Shown here one piece after another: positions 41,817 through 52,870 of a DNA stretch of 64,000 nucleotides. The notes beneath the pieces were generated by a model that was given only the letters and a program-made list of their open reading frames with translations, was not told the DNA's origin and made no database searches. The DNA is from Candidatus Eiseniibacteriota bacterium. Lineage in GTDB: Bacteria > Eisenbacteria > RBG-16-71-46. The stretch is from contig CAVZLN010000006.1 of the NCBI GenBank assembly GCA_963776245.1, positions 672,001 to 736,000 of the forward strand, read 5' to 3'. The position numbers were made by a program, and so were the translations under genes. How positions within the stretch are numbered: the stretch's first letter is position 1; every line of letters begins with the position of its first letter.

Positions 41817-44401
41817 CTACCGTTCGCGCACCGGCGACGACGTATCGAGGGCGCCGGGCGCTGTCGCTGGACCGGATACCGCGAACGCTCGTCCGACGTC
41901 GTTCAGCACATTGCCGTGCACGTCGGCCGGGCGCTCGAGGTAGACGACGAAGGACTGCGACGCCGGCTCACGCTGGCGTGCGAGCCGGCGTCCCACGCCT
42001 CCGGCGGGGCGGGCACGTCCGCGGCATTGGCCGCGGAGTACCGCGCGTCGGCCACGCCGTCCTCGTCCTCCCACCCGGGATCCGGAGACCAGCTCGATCT
42101 CGGGATCGGTGCTGTTCCCGCGGGAGTCCAGCGGCCGGAGGAAGGCGCGGGTGCCCGCCTCCGCCGACATCGAGAGCGGGAAGTGGAACGTGACCTTGAG
42201 CGTCCCCGCCGGGAAGCGCCACGCCCGGCCGCGCCGCGCGCTCGCTCCGCCGGCGCCGCGATCTCGACGCGCACCGGCGCCACCCACACCGGGTTCGCGA
42301 TGCAGCGCTCGTCCCGGTCCGGGTCGCGCGCGGTGGCCACCAGCGCGGCCAGGCGGTCCATCGCCCGCGGCAGCGGACGCCGGTCCGGCGCGCCCTCGGG
42401 CCCCGCGGCCACGGCTGAACGAGTCGCGCGCGGAGGCCATCACGCGGTCGAACCTGTAGCGCGTGATGTCCCCGGCGCCCGGGGTCACGGAGCGCTTCCA
42501 CCGGCTGCGGATCCACACGCTCCTCGCCGGGCGAGGGGCACGAGCATGGTGCGTCCCGCCGTCGAACCTGCCGGATCCGCCGATCCTGCCGTCGGCGTTC
42601 TCCCAGCGGCTGGTCGCGTCGTGCCAGCGGGCCGCGCCGGCGTCCGGGTCGTGCCGCCCGTCCGCGTCGAGCTGGTACTCGAAGACCGGGCCGTCCGTGA
42701 GCACGGTGTTGCCCTCGCGAAGGGCGTCCAGCGCGTCGCGCGTGCCCGCCGGTCGGTCGTGCACCAGCGCGTACGTGCGCACGCGCGCGTAGGCGTTGCT
42801 GTGGAGCATGCCGGAGTACGGCACCGCGGTGGCCGTGACCTCGTCGGCGTAGTTGAAGTCGCCGTGGGCGTCGGAGCCCGCGCTCATGTAGAGCTTGCGG
42901 ATGAACCGGTGCTCGGGCGCCTCCTGGAACGAGAACGCGAGACCGCGGCCGAGCTGCCCGTAGAACGTGTCCAGCGACCGCGTCAGCTCGCCGTCCCAGG
43001 CGTTGGGGCAGGAACCGCTGCGCCTCGGGCCCCCCCGGGAACGGGTTCATCGCGTCGAACGCGCTCGAGGCCGGCAGGCGGCCGCTGCGCCGGGCGACCT
43101 CGTCCATCTTGATGTTCCACACCTCCGAGCCCTTGAACAGGAACTCGCTGCACGCCGAGTCGACGGAAGGGTCCGGCGCTGCGAGTCGTAGGGCGGGAAG
43201 CCGATGGCCTGCGCGAAGTACTCGGGCGGCCAGACGAAGCCCTCGAGGTTCGGGTGCGACGCGTAGACGAAGCCGGCGGGGCCCGCGGCCTTCATCCCCG
43301 CCAGCACCGTCTCGAGCGTGTTCGGGATTCTCGAGCCGCGAGGTCAGGAAGAGCCCGCCGTGCCACGGCCCTTCGAAGTGGCGCGTGCCGTACGCCAGCA
43401 GGTGGTGCCCGAGGTTCGGGAGCGGCCGAGTCGTCCTGGTTCGAGCCGCGCCGCAGCGTGATCTCCTCACCCGCCAGGCCGCCGAGGTTCGCCCGGTACC
43501 ACGCCGCCTCGCCGGCGTGGCCGTCGGTGGTCGCGGTCGGACCGAAGCGCGGCGGCACGCCCGTGTCGTAGGGCTCGCGGGAGTAGAACATGTTGTGGTC
43601 GGTGACCACGATGCTGTCCCGATAGTCGGCCCAGTTGCCGTCGCGGGGCTGCGTCTGCACCAGCCCGAGAGCGTAGGAGGCCTCGAGCAGCATGACGATC
43701 GGGCCGCCGAACGCCTTGCTGGCGCCGTTCACGTCGAGCACGCCCGAGGTCGTCTGCTCCGCGATGGTGTGCACGTGGGTGTCGAAGTAGCGATCCTCGG
43801 GGGCGAGGCTCGGGAACTGGCTGGGATCCACGATCACCCGCAGCACGCGGTGAGTTCCGGAACACGCGTGCGTCGCGAGCAGGCCCGGGCCGCGTCCATT
43901 CGACCTCGGCGCGGAGCTCGTGCACGTCCGGCACGCCGTGGCGCGCGAGCGCCGCGTGCGGGACGCGCACGACGTAGTGCCAGAAGCTCGTGACGCGCTC
44001 GTCCGCGCCCAGCCCGTCCCGCGCCTCGCCCGAGCGGGCCGACGAACGTGGCGCCGTTCAGCGTGTCGGGACCGCCCGCCGCGTCCACGACGACCGCGGG
44101 GCCGATCGGCGCGCCCGTGCGCGCATTCGAAGATCCGGATCCGCTCGACCCGGCGCCCCCCCTCGAACTGAGGGAAGAAGAACATCACCGGGATGTAGTC
44201 CCGCACGGTCCGCCACGGCGCATCCATGACGATGTCGGTGCCGGCGCGGTCCGAGTACGCCGCGCTCGGCGGCGCGAACAGGACCGCCGCGAGGCGGACG
44301 CGAGCCACGCGCACGCGAGCCCGGCGCGTCCCAGTCGTCGCCCCCGGGCGCGCCGGCTGGCGCACGGCCGGCCGATCCGCCGATGTCGGGGAGCCGACCA
44401 T
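41817..44401 (-). CDS. Secreted PHP-fold metal-dependent hydrolase; several frameshifts
   Basis: Motifs across frames: DTHVHT, VTDHN, GEEI, HHLLAYG, YASHP, GSEVWN, AGSDAHGDF, NTVLTDGP. Confidence 0.65.
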
Positions 44402-44402
44402 C

Positions 44403-46666
44403 TCAGCGGAACCGGAAGCCCGACCGCCGGCCGCCGAGCGGCTGGCCCAGGGTCAGGTAGTAGTTGCCACGATCGCCCTCCGCCACGGCCGTAGGCGAGG
44501 CAGAGCGGGCCGATCAGGGTGTCGGCGCCCAGGAACACGCTGCCGGCGGCGATCCCGTCCGCGAGCCCGATCGCCGATCGCGACTGGAACACGTTCCCGT
44601 ACTCGGCCGACACCCCCGCGTAGACCGGGAGCAGCTGGAAGTCCACGACCCGGCGGTAGAGGAGCGCGCGCACCAGCAGCTCGTGCTGCCCGATCAACTC
44701 GTCCTGCTCGAGGCCGGACAGCCGGCCCAGGCCGCCCAGGCAGAAACGCTTCTCGAGCGGCGCGTCCCCTTGCAGCGTCGTGCCGGACTCCCCGCCCAGC
44801 ACCCCGGTCCAGTGCCCGCGCGTCCCGGCGAGGCTCGCCTCGACGGTCCACCTGCTGGTACGTCACGGTGGAGCCGAGCGCGTCGAGGCCGGCCGAGAGC
44901 CGCGCGCGCACACTCCCGCCGCGATGCGGGAACGCGACCTCGTCGAGCTTGTCGATGAAGAACTGGGCGAACGCCTCGCCGGTGTCGTAGCGGTGCCACC
45001 GGAAGCCCGGGGTCACCGACCTGCGACGCGGATCCTGCCGCCCTCGCGCACCACGCCGGCCCGCAACTCGCCCCACGTCCCGATCTCGCGCCCGCCGGCG
45101 AGCGTGGCGCCGTAGTGCGTGATGCCGAGCTCGGACCGCTTGTGGCCGCTCCCGTCGAACACGTTCATCGCGCGCTCGCCGGCCAGCAGCTCGAGGTCCA
45201 CGAACTTGCGCAGCCCGGCGTCGAGCGGCTGATGGAACTCGGTCCACACGCCGGGCTCCTGCCCGACCTGCAGTCCGGTGCGCCACTCCCCGTTCAGCCG
45301 ATTGACCGCGGTGCGGCTGTAGGCGAGCGCGACGTTGAAGTTCGGATGTTCGAAGTCCTCGAAGGCCGCGACCCCTCCCTGCAGGTAGTTCGGCCCCCAG
45401 GCGCGCTCGCGCGCCGTGACCGTCAGCACGTTGCCATGCGGACCGGGCAGGACGTCGTAGTACACGGACTCGAACAGCTCGAGTCCGTAGATCTGGTCCA
45501 GTCCGATGCTCGAGCCGCCGGGCGTCGACGCGGATGGCCGATGGCGGTCTCGAGCCGCGTGGCGATGACCTGGTCGGTCACGCGGGATCGGTTGACGATG
45601 CGCTCCGCCCCGAGCACCGGGGGCGCGGCGGACGGCGGCGCGGGCCGCGCGCGCGTCCTGGTAGGCGCGGTACTCCGCCGGCGACAGGGCCAGCCGCTCG
45701 AGGGCGGGAAGCGCCGCCCGGGCCGCACGCTCGCCGATGTCGACGGCCTCGGCGGCGCGCTCGAAGGACGCCACGGTGATGGAGCCGAGGTCGGGCCGGA
45801 TGAACACATCGCCTTCGGCCAGCGAGGCGATCTGGCGCTTCTTGTCCTGCTCCGAGGCGAGCGTGGCGAGCTGGGCCGTGATGGCGGGCACCGAGCTGAG
45901 CTGCTCGCGACCCGACGGCGGGGTGGCGATGTCCACGGCGATGATGACGTCGGCCCCCATGCTTCGCACGACGTCGATCGGGAAGTTGTTGACGATGCCG
46001 CCGTCCACGAGCAGGCGGCCGTCGATCTCCCGCGGCGCGAACGCGGCGGGGATGGACATGCTGGCGCGCATCGCGAGCGCGAGGTCGCCATGGTCGAGCA
46101 CCACGGCCTCGCCGGTCACGATGTCCGCGGCGACCGCGCGATACGGGAATGCTGAGCCGATCGAAGTCGCGCACCGTCACGACCGGCAGGGACAGCCGCT
46201 TGAGCAGCAGATCGACCCGGTGGCCGTCCAGGATCCCGGGCGGGAACAGCAGCCGGCCGCCGCGCAGGCCGGGCTTGTGCTTGACCAGGTACAGGTCGTC
46301 GTCGCGCTTGCGGCGGAACGAACGGTCGCCACGCGGGATGTTGTCCGCGAAGGCCTCCGTCCAGTCGGTCTCGGAGACGACGCTGTCGAGCTGGGCCGGG
46401 GCCAGGCCGGAGGCGTAGAGGCCGCCGACCAGCGCGCCCATGCTGGTGCCGGCGATGAGGTCGACCGGGACGCGGTGCTCCTCGAGCACGCGCAGCACGC
46501 CGATGTGGGCGGCGCCGCGCGCGCCGCCGCCGCTCAGCGCGAGCCCGATGCGGGGTCGGCGGGGCGGTTCGGCGGGTGGATCCGCCGCGTGGGAGACACA
46601 CGGCACGGCGAGTGCCGCGGCACACATCAGCCGCAGCAGGGACCGAAGCGCAGTGCGACCGGTCAC
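44403..46666 (-). CDS. Patatin-like phospholipase with POTRA/beta-barrel (PlpD/type Vd-like); several frameshifts
   Basis: [36 protein letters not shown]; later barrel motifs ([18 protein letters not shown]). Confidence 0.85.
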
Positions 46667-47027
46667 GATGGCCCCGCCTGTTCCTGCACCCGCGGCCGCG
46701 CGACGATTGCGCTGAGTGGGTGGCGCGGCGACGGCACCCGATGCCCCCCGCGCACACGATGCCGAGGCTGCGCGGGGCGATGCTCCAACACCGCGGTCAG
46801 CCTAGCACCCGCGGTCGCGCCACGGCAATCGCCGGTGCGCCGTGGCGTCGAGGGGCCCGGGTAGGCGGCCGGTCCCGGTCGCGCCGGCCCCGCGGCGCCG
46901 GGCCGGCGAAGGTCCCTTTGCGCCGCGGCCCCGATGCGCGAAGATGTCCGGGCGGACGATGTCGGGCCCGCTCCCGCGGTCGCGGGGCGCGGGTCCGACT
47001 CGACGAGCAGGATCCGGGAGCCGCACC

Positions 47028-47708
47028 GTGAAGTGGTCAGGCCGTGCAGTCGTCCTCATGCTGCTGGCGGCGACGCTGATGCCGGGGCGCGCCCTCGGCG
47101 TCGCGTGCGCGCCCGATGCCGACCCCGCGCCCGCGGGCCTCGACTCGTCCTCGGCGCCGGTGGCGAGCCCCGGCGACTACACCTTTCCATCGGCGCAGGA
47201 CCGCTCCCGAGCTTGGGTGATGAGCGCGCTCGGCCCGCCCGCGATCGCCGGCAACCTGGTCGGCGCGGCATGGCGACACTGGGCGACCGACGAACCTCCC
47301 GAATGGGACACCGACGGAGGGGGCTTCGCGCGACGCTTCGCCACGGGCTCACTCACGACCTTCACCAGCGAGACATCGCTCACGCTCGCCTCGGCGGCGA
47401 TGCGGCAGGATGCCGGTTACTACCGCTGCCCGCGGACCGGATTCGGCTCGCGGCTCGGGCATGCCCTGGTGATGACGTTCGCGGCGCGCGACCGGGACGG
47501 GGACCTGGTGTTCTCGCCGGGCAAGACGCTCTCCCCGTTCGTGGGGCCCGTGGTGACCGTGACCACGCACTACCCGGATCGGTACACCTATGCCGATGGT
47601 CTGGTGAGTGGCGCCTACGGCCTGCTCATGAACGCCGGATTGAACGCCGCGCGGGAATTCGTCCTCAAGGCGCCACCCTGGCACGGCGGGCGCCGGCCCG
47701 GTCGCTGA
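47028..47708 (+). CDS. Secreted or membrane hypothetical protein
   Basis: Signal-like leader; DEPPEW...RRFA, RQDAGYYRC...RLGHAL, NAAREF. Confidence 0.65.
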   Translation: MKWSGRAVVLMLLAATLMPGRALGVACAPDADPAPAGLDSSSAPVASPGDYTFPSAQDRSRAWVMSALGPPAIAGNLVGAAWRHWATDEPPEWDTDGGGFARRFATGSLTTFTSETSLTLASAAMRQDAGYYRCPRTGFGSRLGHALVMTFAARDRDGDLVFSPGKTLSPFVGPVVTVTTHYPDRYTYADGLVSGAYGLLMNAGLNAAREFVLKAPPWHGGRRPGR

Positions 47709-47739
47709 GCCCCGGGCCGCGCGCGGGCAGTCGCCGGAC

Positions 47740-49290
47740 TCAGCGGGCCAGCGCCACCCGGCGCACGTGCGCCACGCCATCCACCTCGAGGTCCGCGAAA
47801 TAGAGCCCCGAGGGAAGCGGATCGCCGGCATCGTCACGCCCGTCCCAGGTGATCCTCCGGCCCGGGGCCGACTGCGACTCGAGCGGCACCAGCAGACGCA
47901 CCTGACGCCCGGTCGCGTCGAACAGACGCATGCTCACCCGGGCCGGGCCGGGCAGTGAGTACGCGAACGTGGCATGGCCCGGCGCGGGCGACGGGAAGGG
48001 CGGCGCGAAATCGACGCCGGTGCGGCCGCTGGCCCCACCGGCGGAGGTGTCCGGCCCGTACACGATGCGGCGGATCTCTCCCGACGCGGCCGCGAACGCG
48101 ACCGACTGGCGGCAGTACCACACCGCGCCATCGCGGCCCACGAAGTAGTCGCTCACCGCGTCGAGGCCGGTGGCCCAATCGCTCGGGCCCGTGCCCGGCA
48201 CCAGCGCCCAGCCGGCGCCGGCGTCGGTCAGCACCCGCAGGAGGCCCGTGTAGTAGTCGCTGAACAGGAAGCGCCCCTCGTACTCCGCCGGGAACGGGAC
48301 GATCGCGCCCACCGGCGCGCGATAGAGCACGCCCCCCACCACGGCGTCCCCCTGGGTGTGATCGTAGGTGGCGATGGGCGCGAGCGGGGCCGGGAGCGCG
48401 AACGCACACGTGGTGTACGGCGCATTCCCCTCGAACAGCGGCCAGCCGAAGTTCAGCCCGCCGGTCGGCGCGCGATCGATCTCCTCCCATGTGTTCTGGC
48501 CGACGTCGCCGATGAAGAGCGTTCCGTTCGCGGGATCGATGGAGAAGCGGAAGGGATTGCGCAGTCCCTTCAGCCACATCAGCCGGCGGTTCGAGTCCGG
48601 CGACGTAGCGTACGGATTGCCGGGCGGTGTGATCAGCGCGCGCGGCGCGATGCCGGGCCCCGCGGGCAGACGCGAGACGTCGAGCCTGAGGATGGTGCCC
48701 TTGAGCGCGGTCGTGTCCTGCGCGCCGCAGGGGTCGGCATCCTCGCCGAACGAGGCGTAGAGCATGCCGTCCGGGCCGAATCGCAGCGTGCCGCCGTTGT
48801 GATTGCCGGCGTTGTCGGGGACGTCGCGCACCAGGTCGTAGCGCGACCCGACGTCGAGCGTCAGCCCGCCCGTGCCAGTGGCCGCGACGTCGCCGGTCAT
48901 GGTGTAGCGGGAGACCCGGATGCGCGGTCCCGTGACGTCGTCGCAGTGCACGTACACGTAGGGCCGCGCGGGCCAGCCGGGATCCACCGCGATGCCGAGC
49001 AGCCCTTGCTCAGGCCCGGTGGTGCGCACCTGGTCCACTGTGCCGACCGGATCGGGCGCGACCAAGGACCCATCGAGGATCACGCGCACCCGCGCGCTCT
49101 TCTGCTCCACCACCAGCACGCGCCCATCGGGCAACTGCACCATACCCACCGGCTGATCGAGCCCGGCGAGCACCAGGTGGTCCGAGAACCCGGGGGGCAG
49201 CAGCGCCTGTCCGCCGGCGGCCGGCGCGGGGGATGACAGCGCGAGCGCCACGAGCAGGCATGCAGCGATGGGGGTCGGCGGGCGGCGCAT
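47740..49290 (-). CDS. PQQ-dependent sugar (glucose/sorbosone) dehydrogenase with FlgD/T9SS-like CTD
   Basis: EQGLLGIAVDP, NHNGGTLRFGPDGMLY, GLRNPFRFS, GDVGQNTWEEI, NFGWP; CTD FDATGRQVR...WDGRDDAGDPLPSGLYF. Confidence 0.9.
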   Translation of the reverse strand: MRRPPTPIAACLLVALALSSPAPAAGGQALLPPGFSDHLVLAGLDQPVGMVQLPDGRVLVVEQKSARVRVILDGSLVAPDPVGTVDQVRTTGPEQGLLGIAVDPGWPARPYVYVHCDDVTGPRIRVSRYTMTGDVAATGTGGLTLDVGSRYDLVRDVPDNAGNHNGGTLRFGPDGMLYASFGEDADPCGAQDTTALKGTILRLDVSRLPAGPGIAPRALITPPGNPYATSPDSNRRLMWLKGLRNPFRFSIDPANGTLFIGDVGQNTWEEIDRAPTGGLNFGWPLFEGNAPYTTCAFALPAPLAPIATYDHTQGDAVVGGVLYRAPVGAIVPFPAEYEGRFLFSDYYTGLLRVLTDAGAGWALVPGTGPSDWATGLDAVSDYFVGRDGAVWYCRQSVAFAAASGEIRRIVYGPDTSAGGASGRTGVDFAPPFPSPAPGHATFAYSLPGPARVSMRLFDATGRQVRLLVPLESQSAPGRRITWDGRDDAGDPLPSGLYFADLEVDGVAHVRRVALAR

Positions 49291-49490
49291 GGGAACCTCC
49301 GGGACAGGTCGCGGGCGACCGGTCCGCCGCCCCTGCTCCTGATGCGCTGACCACCCCGGGCGGTGCGCCGCACGTGCGACGCCGCGCGGGCGCACAGCCC
49401 CGGCGGGCCGCGCCCGGCACGCGGAGCGCCCGTCGCGAGGCGCCCCGGGGCGGTTGCTTCGGGTCCGCGGCGCTCCCATACTGCCGCGCC

Positions 49491-50759
49491 ATGCGCCGCG
49501 GACACTCCCTCCACATGCTCGCCGGACTCGCGCTGGGCGTCGTGCTCGGCACCGCGGCCCATCTCGCCTGGGGGGGCGCGCCGGCCCTCGACTGGGTGGT
49601 GCGCCACGTCACCGAGCCGGCCGGGCGCATCTTCCTGCGCCTGCTGTTCATGCTGGTGGTGCCGCTCATCCTATCGGCGCTGGCGCTCGGCGTGTCGGGG
49701 CTCGGGGATCTCGGGCGACTCGGTCGCATCGGGCTCAAGACGCTCGCCTACACCGTGGTGGTCTCGAGCATCGCGGTGCTGATCGGCGTCGGAATGGTGA
49801 ACCTGGTGCGTCCCGGCGAGGGGCTCTCCCCCGCGCTCAAGGAACGCCTGCTGGCTCAGAAGAGCGCGGTGCCCACCGCCGCGCCCGCCGCCGGCGCCGC
49901 GGGCGTGGACTTCCTGGTCAACCTGGTGCCGCAGAACATCGTCAAGGCGATGGGCGACGGCGACATGCTCGCGGTCATGGTGTTCGCGCTGCTGCTCGGC
50001 ATCGGGCTCGCGCTCACGCGCACCGACGCGGCGCGGCGCTTCGAGGGGATGCTCGAGGGCCTCTACGACGTGGTCATGCGGCTGCTCGACCTCGTCATCC
50101 GGGTGGCGCCCGTGGGGGTGGCGTGCCTGCTGTTCACGCTCACGGCGCGCCTCGGGTACGACGTGTTGCGCCAGCTCGGGGCGTACGTGGCGGTGGTGGT
50201 GGGGGCGCTCGCCATCCAGCAGTTCGTGGTCTACTCGGTCTCGGTGGCGTGGCTCGGCGGCATGAGCCCGCTGCGCTTCTTCAGCGGCATCCGCGAGGCG
50301 ATGCTCACCGCGTTCTCGACCGCCTCGAGCAACGCCACGCTGCCGACCGCGCTGCGGGTGGCGGAGCAGGAGCTGCGTCTGCCGCCGCACGTGAGCCGCT
50401 TCGTGCTCACCGTGGGCTCGACCGCGAACCAGAACGGCACGGCGCTCTTCGAGGGCGTCACCGTGCTGTTCCTGGCCCAGTTCTACGGCGTGCCGCTCAC
50501 CTTCGCGCAGCAGCTCACGGTGGTGTTCATCTGCATCCTCGGTGGCATCGGCACCGCGGGGGTGCCGGCGGGCTCGATCCCGGTGGTGGTGATGATCCTC
50601 GGGATGGTGGGGGTGCCCGCCGAGGGCATCGGGATGATCCTGGGCGTGGACCGTTTCCTCGACATGTGCCGCACCACGCTCAACGTGACCGGCGACCTCG
50701 CCGCCGCGGTCGTGGTGTCGCGCGGGGAGAGCGTGCCGGCGCCAGCCCCGGGCGGCTGA
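49491..50759 (+). CDS. Dicarboxylate/amino acid:cation symporter (DAACS, GltP-like)
   Basis: FLRLLFMLVVPL, AFSTASSNATLP, NQNGTALF, GVDRFLDMCRTTLNVTGD. Confidence 0.93.
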   Translation: MRRGHSLHMLAGLALGVVLGTAAHLAWGGAPALDWVVRHVTEPAGRIFLRLLFMLVVPLILSALALGVSGLGDLGRLGRIGLKTLAYTVVVSSIAVLIGVGMVNLVRPGEGLSPALKERLLAQKSAVPTAAPAAGAAGVDFLVNLVPQNIVKAMGDGDMLAVMVFALLLGIGLALTRTDAARRFEGMLEGLYDVVMRLLDLVIRVAPVGVACLLFTLTARLGYDVLRQLGAYVAVVVGALAIQQFVVYSVSVAWLGGMSPLRFFSGIREAMLTAFSTASSNATLPTALRVAEQELRLPPHVSRFVLTVGSTANQNGTALFEGVTVLFLAQFYGVPLTFAQQLTVVFICILGGIGTAGVPAGSIPVVVMILGMVGVPAEGIGMILGVDRFLDMCRTTLNVTGDLAAAVVVSRGESVPAPAPGG

Positions 50760-50820
50760 CGGGTTCCGTGGTCGCCCGGCCGTCCGACGCCGCCCCCGGC
50801 GCTCAGACGCAAAGTGCGTG

Positions 50821-50846
50821 TGAACCTCCCGCGCCCGGATGGCGTC
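50821..50846 (+). promoter_or_regulatory. Possible ECF-sigma promoter (TGAACC-N16-CGTC)
   Basis: Motif upstream of the cupredoxin gene; motif match only. Confidence 0.25.
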
Positions 50847-50934
50847 CAAGCATCAGGTGGCGAGCACCCATGCGCCGCCCCGAGCCGGCCGCGACCTCGA
50901 CCCCGGGCCACCGGCCCCCACTCTGGAGCACCGC

Positions 50935-51747
50935 ATGCGCGTCCGACCCTCCCGCGCCATGGCCCTGATCGCGCTGGCGATCCTCGCCACCGTCGCTCCC
51001 GCCTTCGCCGACCCGCACACTGCGGCCATGGACATGGACCCGATGGCGGTGCCGGGCGACCCCGGGGCATTCGTCGTCCAGACCCAGGCCGGGCCCAAGG
51101 TCGCGCGCGTGCCGTCGACCCAGTCCGCCGTCGTCCCCGACTTCACCATCACCGCCGGATCGTTCCGCTTCAACGCCGACGGCAACGCGTTGACCCAGGT
51201 CGACACGCTGGCGATCACCGTCGGCCAGACGGTGCGCTGGCATCGCCTCGACTTCACCCACACCGTGACCAGCGGCACCGGCAGTCTGGACCCGGAGTCG
51301 GGCGCCCTGTTCAGCGCCCTGATCACCTCCCTCGCGCCCGATTTCGACTGGACGTTCACCGCGGTGGGCACGGTGCCCTACTACTGTGAGCTCCACGAGC
51401 TGTCGAACATGCGGGGCGTGATCGTGGTGAATCCCGTCGCTTCGGTGGGCCCCGGTCCGTCCGCGGCGCGCTCCGGGTTCTCGCGTCCGCCCGCGCCCAA
51501 TCCGTCCCGCGACGCGGTCACGTTCGCGATCACTCTGTCCCGCGCGGGTGAGGCCTCGGTCGAGGTGCTCGACGTGAGCGGCCGGCGCGTGGCCACGCTC
51601 CACAGTGGGCCGCTCGCGGCGGGCGAACACCCGTTCCGCTGGGACGCGCGCGGGGCCGACGGGCGCGCGGCGGCGCCGGGCATCTACCGCCTGCGCGTGC
51701 GCGGTGAGGGGTTCGACCAGGCGCGCACCATCTCGCTGCTGCGGTAG
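50935..51747 (+). CDS. Secreted plastocyanin/azurin-like cupredoxin with FlgD/T9SS-like CTD
   Basis: Type-1 Cu ligands H (THTVTS) and C-x2-H-x4-M (YYCELHELSNMRG); CTD PNPSRDAVTF...DVSGRRV...WDARG...GIYRL. Confidence 0.88.
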   Translation: MRVRPSRAMALIALAILATVAPAFADPHTAAMDMDPMAVPGDPGAFVVQTQAGPKVARVPSTQSAVVPDFTITAGSFRFNADGNALTQVDTLAITVGQTVRWHRLDFTHTVTSGTGSLDPESGALFSALITSLAPDFDWTFTAVGTVPYYCELHELSNMRGVIVVNPVASVGPGPSAARSGFSRPPAPNPSRDAVTFAITLSRAGEASVEVLDVSGRRVATLHSGPLAAGEHPFRWDARGADGRAAAPGIYRLRVRGEGFDQARTISLLR

Positions 51748-51789
51748 CCGGTCCATCGAGCGCGGTGCGGGACGCGCCCGGACGCGCTC

Positions 51790-52821
51790 CTACGCGATGC
51801 GCGCGCCGTTGCGGTCGTAGCGGGTGAGCGCGAGGTCGGCGATCTCCGCGATCAGGTCGGTGTACGAGCGGCCCGCCTTCTTGGCGGCCATCGCGAACTC
51901 GGCGGTCGAGAGCAGGTACGGATTCGGATTGACCTCGAGCACATGGATGGTGGAGTCGGCCGCGAGGCGGATGTCGATGCGGCCGTAGTCGCGCAACTGG
52001 AGCGCCTGGTAGGCCTGCACCGCGGTGTCCCGGATGCGCTCCGCCAGCGTCTCGTCGAGGTCGTCGGGGAAGAACGGGCGCGTGGTGCGGTACGCCTCGC
52101 TGTCCTCCTCCCACTTCACCTCAGCCCCGGCGATCTTCGGCGTGCCCTCCGGGAGCTTGGAGAGATCCAGCTCGACGATCGGCAGCGCCTCGGGCTTGTC
52201 GTTGCCGAGCACGCCGACGTAGAGCTCGCGGCCCTCGATGTACTCCTCGATCAGCGCCGGCGTGTCGAACTCGGTGTGGATGTAGTCGAGGCGCTCCATC
52301 ATCTCCTTGATGGAGCCGCACACCGCGTTGAAGCGGATGCCGATCGAACCGTCCTCGCGCGCGGGCTTGACGATGACCGGGAACTGGATGTCGTGGGCGT
52401 ACTCGGTGCGCCCGCGGTAGACCATCGCGAAGGTCGGCGTGTGGATGCCGTGGAACGCGAAGATCTTCTTGGCGAGCGCCTTGTCCTGCGCCAGGTAGAG
52501 TCCCTGGGAGCCCGAGCCGGTGAAGCGCCGCCCGAGCAATTCGAGGTAGCCGGCCACGCGGCTGTCGGCGGTGTCATCGCCGCCGAAGGACTCGACGAGA
52601 TTGAAGAGCAGGTCGCTCTCGGAGGTGGCCAGTTCCTGGAGGCTGACCGTGGTCCCGTCGAGGCGCAGGTAGACCGGGCTGTGGCCGGCCTTCTTGAGGG
52701 CCTCGTAGACCTCCTGGACGTCCTCGTCGGCGCCCTTGCGCTTGGGCCGCGCGTCCGGGCTCCGTTCCTCCCCTTCGTCGTACCAGAAGTCGTAGAGAAC
52801 GCCGATCCGAAGCTTTGCCAT
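51790..52821 (-). CDS. ATP-grasp ligase, D-Ala-D-Ala-ligase-like but non-canonical
   Basis: FNLVES, QDKALAK, IVKPAREDGSIGI, EEYIEGRE, YGRIDIR, LEVNPNP. Confidence 0.88.
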   Translation of the reverse strand: MAKLRIGVLYDFWYDEGEERSPDARPKRKGADEDVQEVYEALKKAGHSPVYLRLDGTTVSLQELATSESDLLFNLVESFGGDDTADSRVAGYLELLGRRFTGSGSQGLYLAQDKALAKKIFAFHGIHTPTFAMVYRGRTEYAHDIQFPVIVKPAREDGSIGIRFNAVCGSIKEMMERLDYIHTEFDTPALIEEYIEGRELYVGVLGNDKPEALPIVELDLSKLPEGTPKIAGAEVKWEEDSEAYRTTRPFFPDDLDETLAERIRDTAVQAYQALQLRDYGRIDIRLAADSTIHVLEVNPNPYLLSTAEFAMAAKKAGRSYTDLIAEIADLALTRYDRNGARIA

Positions 52822-52870
52822 GGCGATCCTCGCCGTCTCGTTCCACGGCCCATCCGCTGGGCCGGACGTG

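Noticed and set aside
51790..52821. Vancomycin-resistance (Van) ligase
   Set aside because: No vanH/vanX/vanRS context, and canonical Ddl/Van N-terminal motifs are absent.
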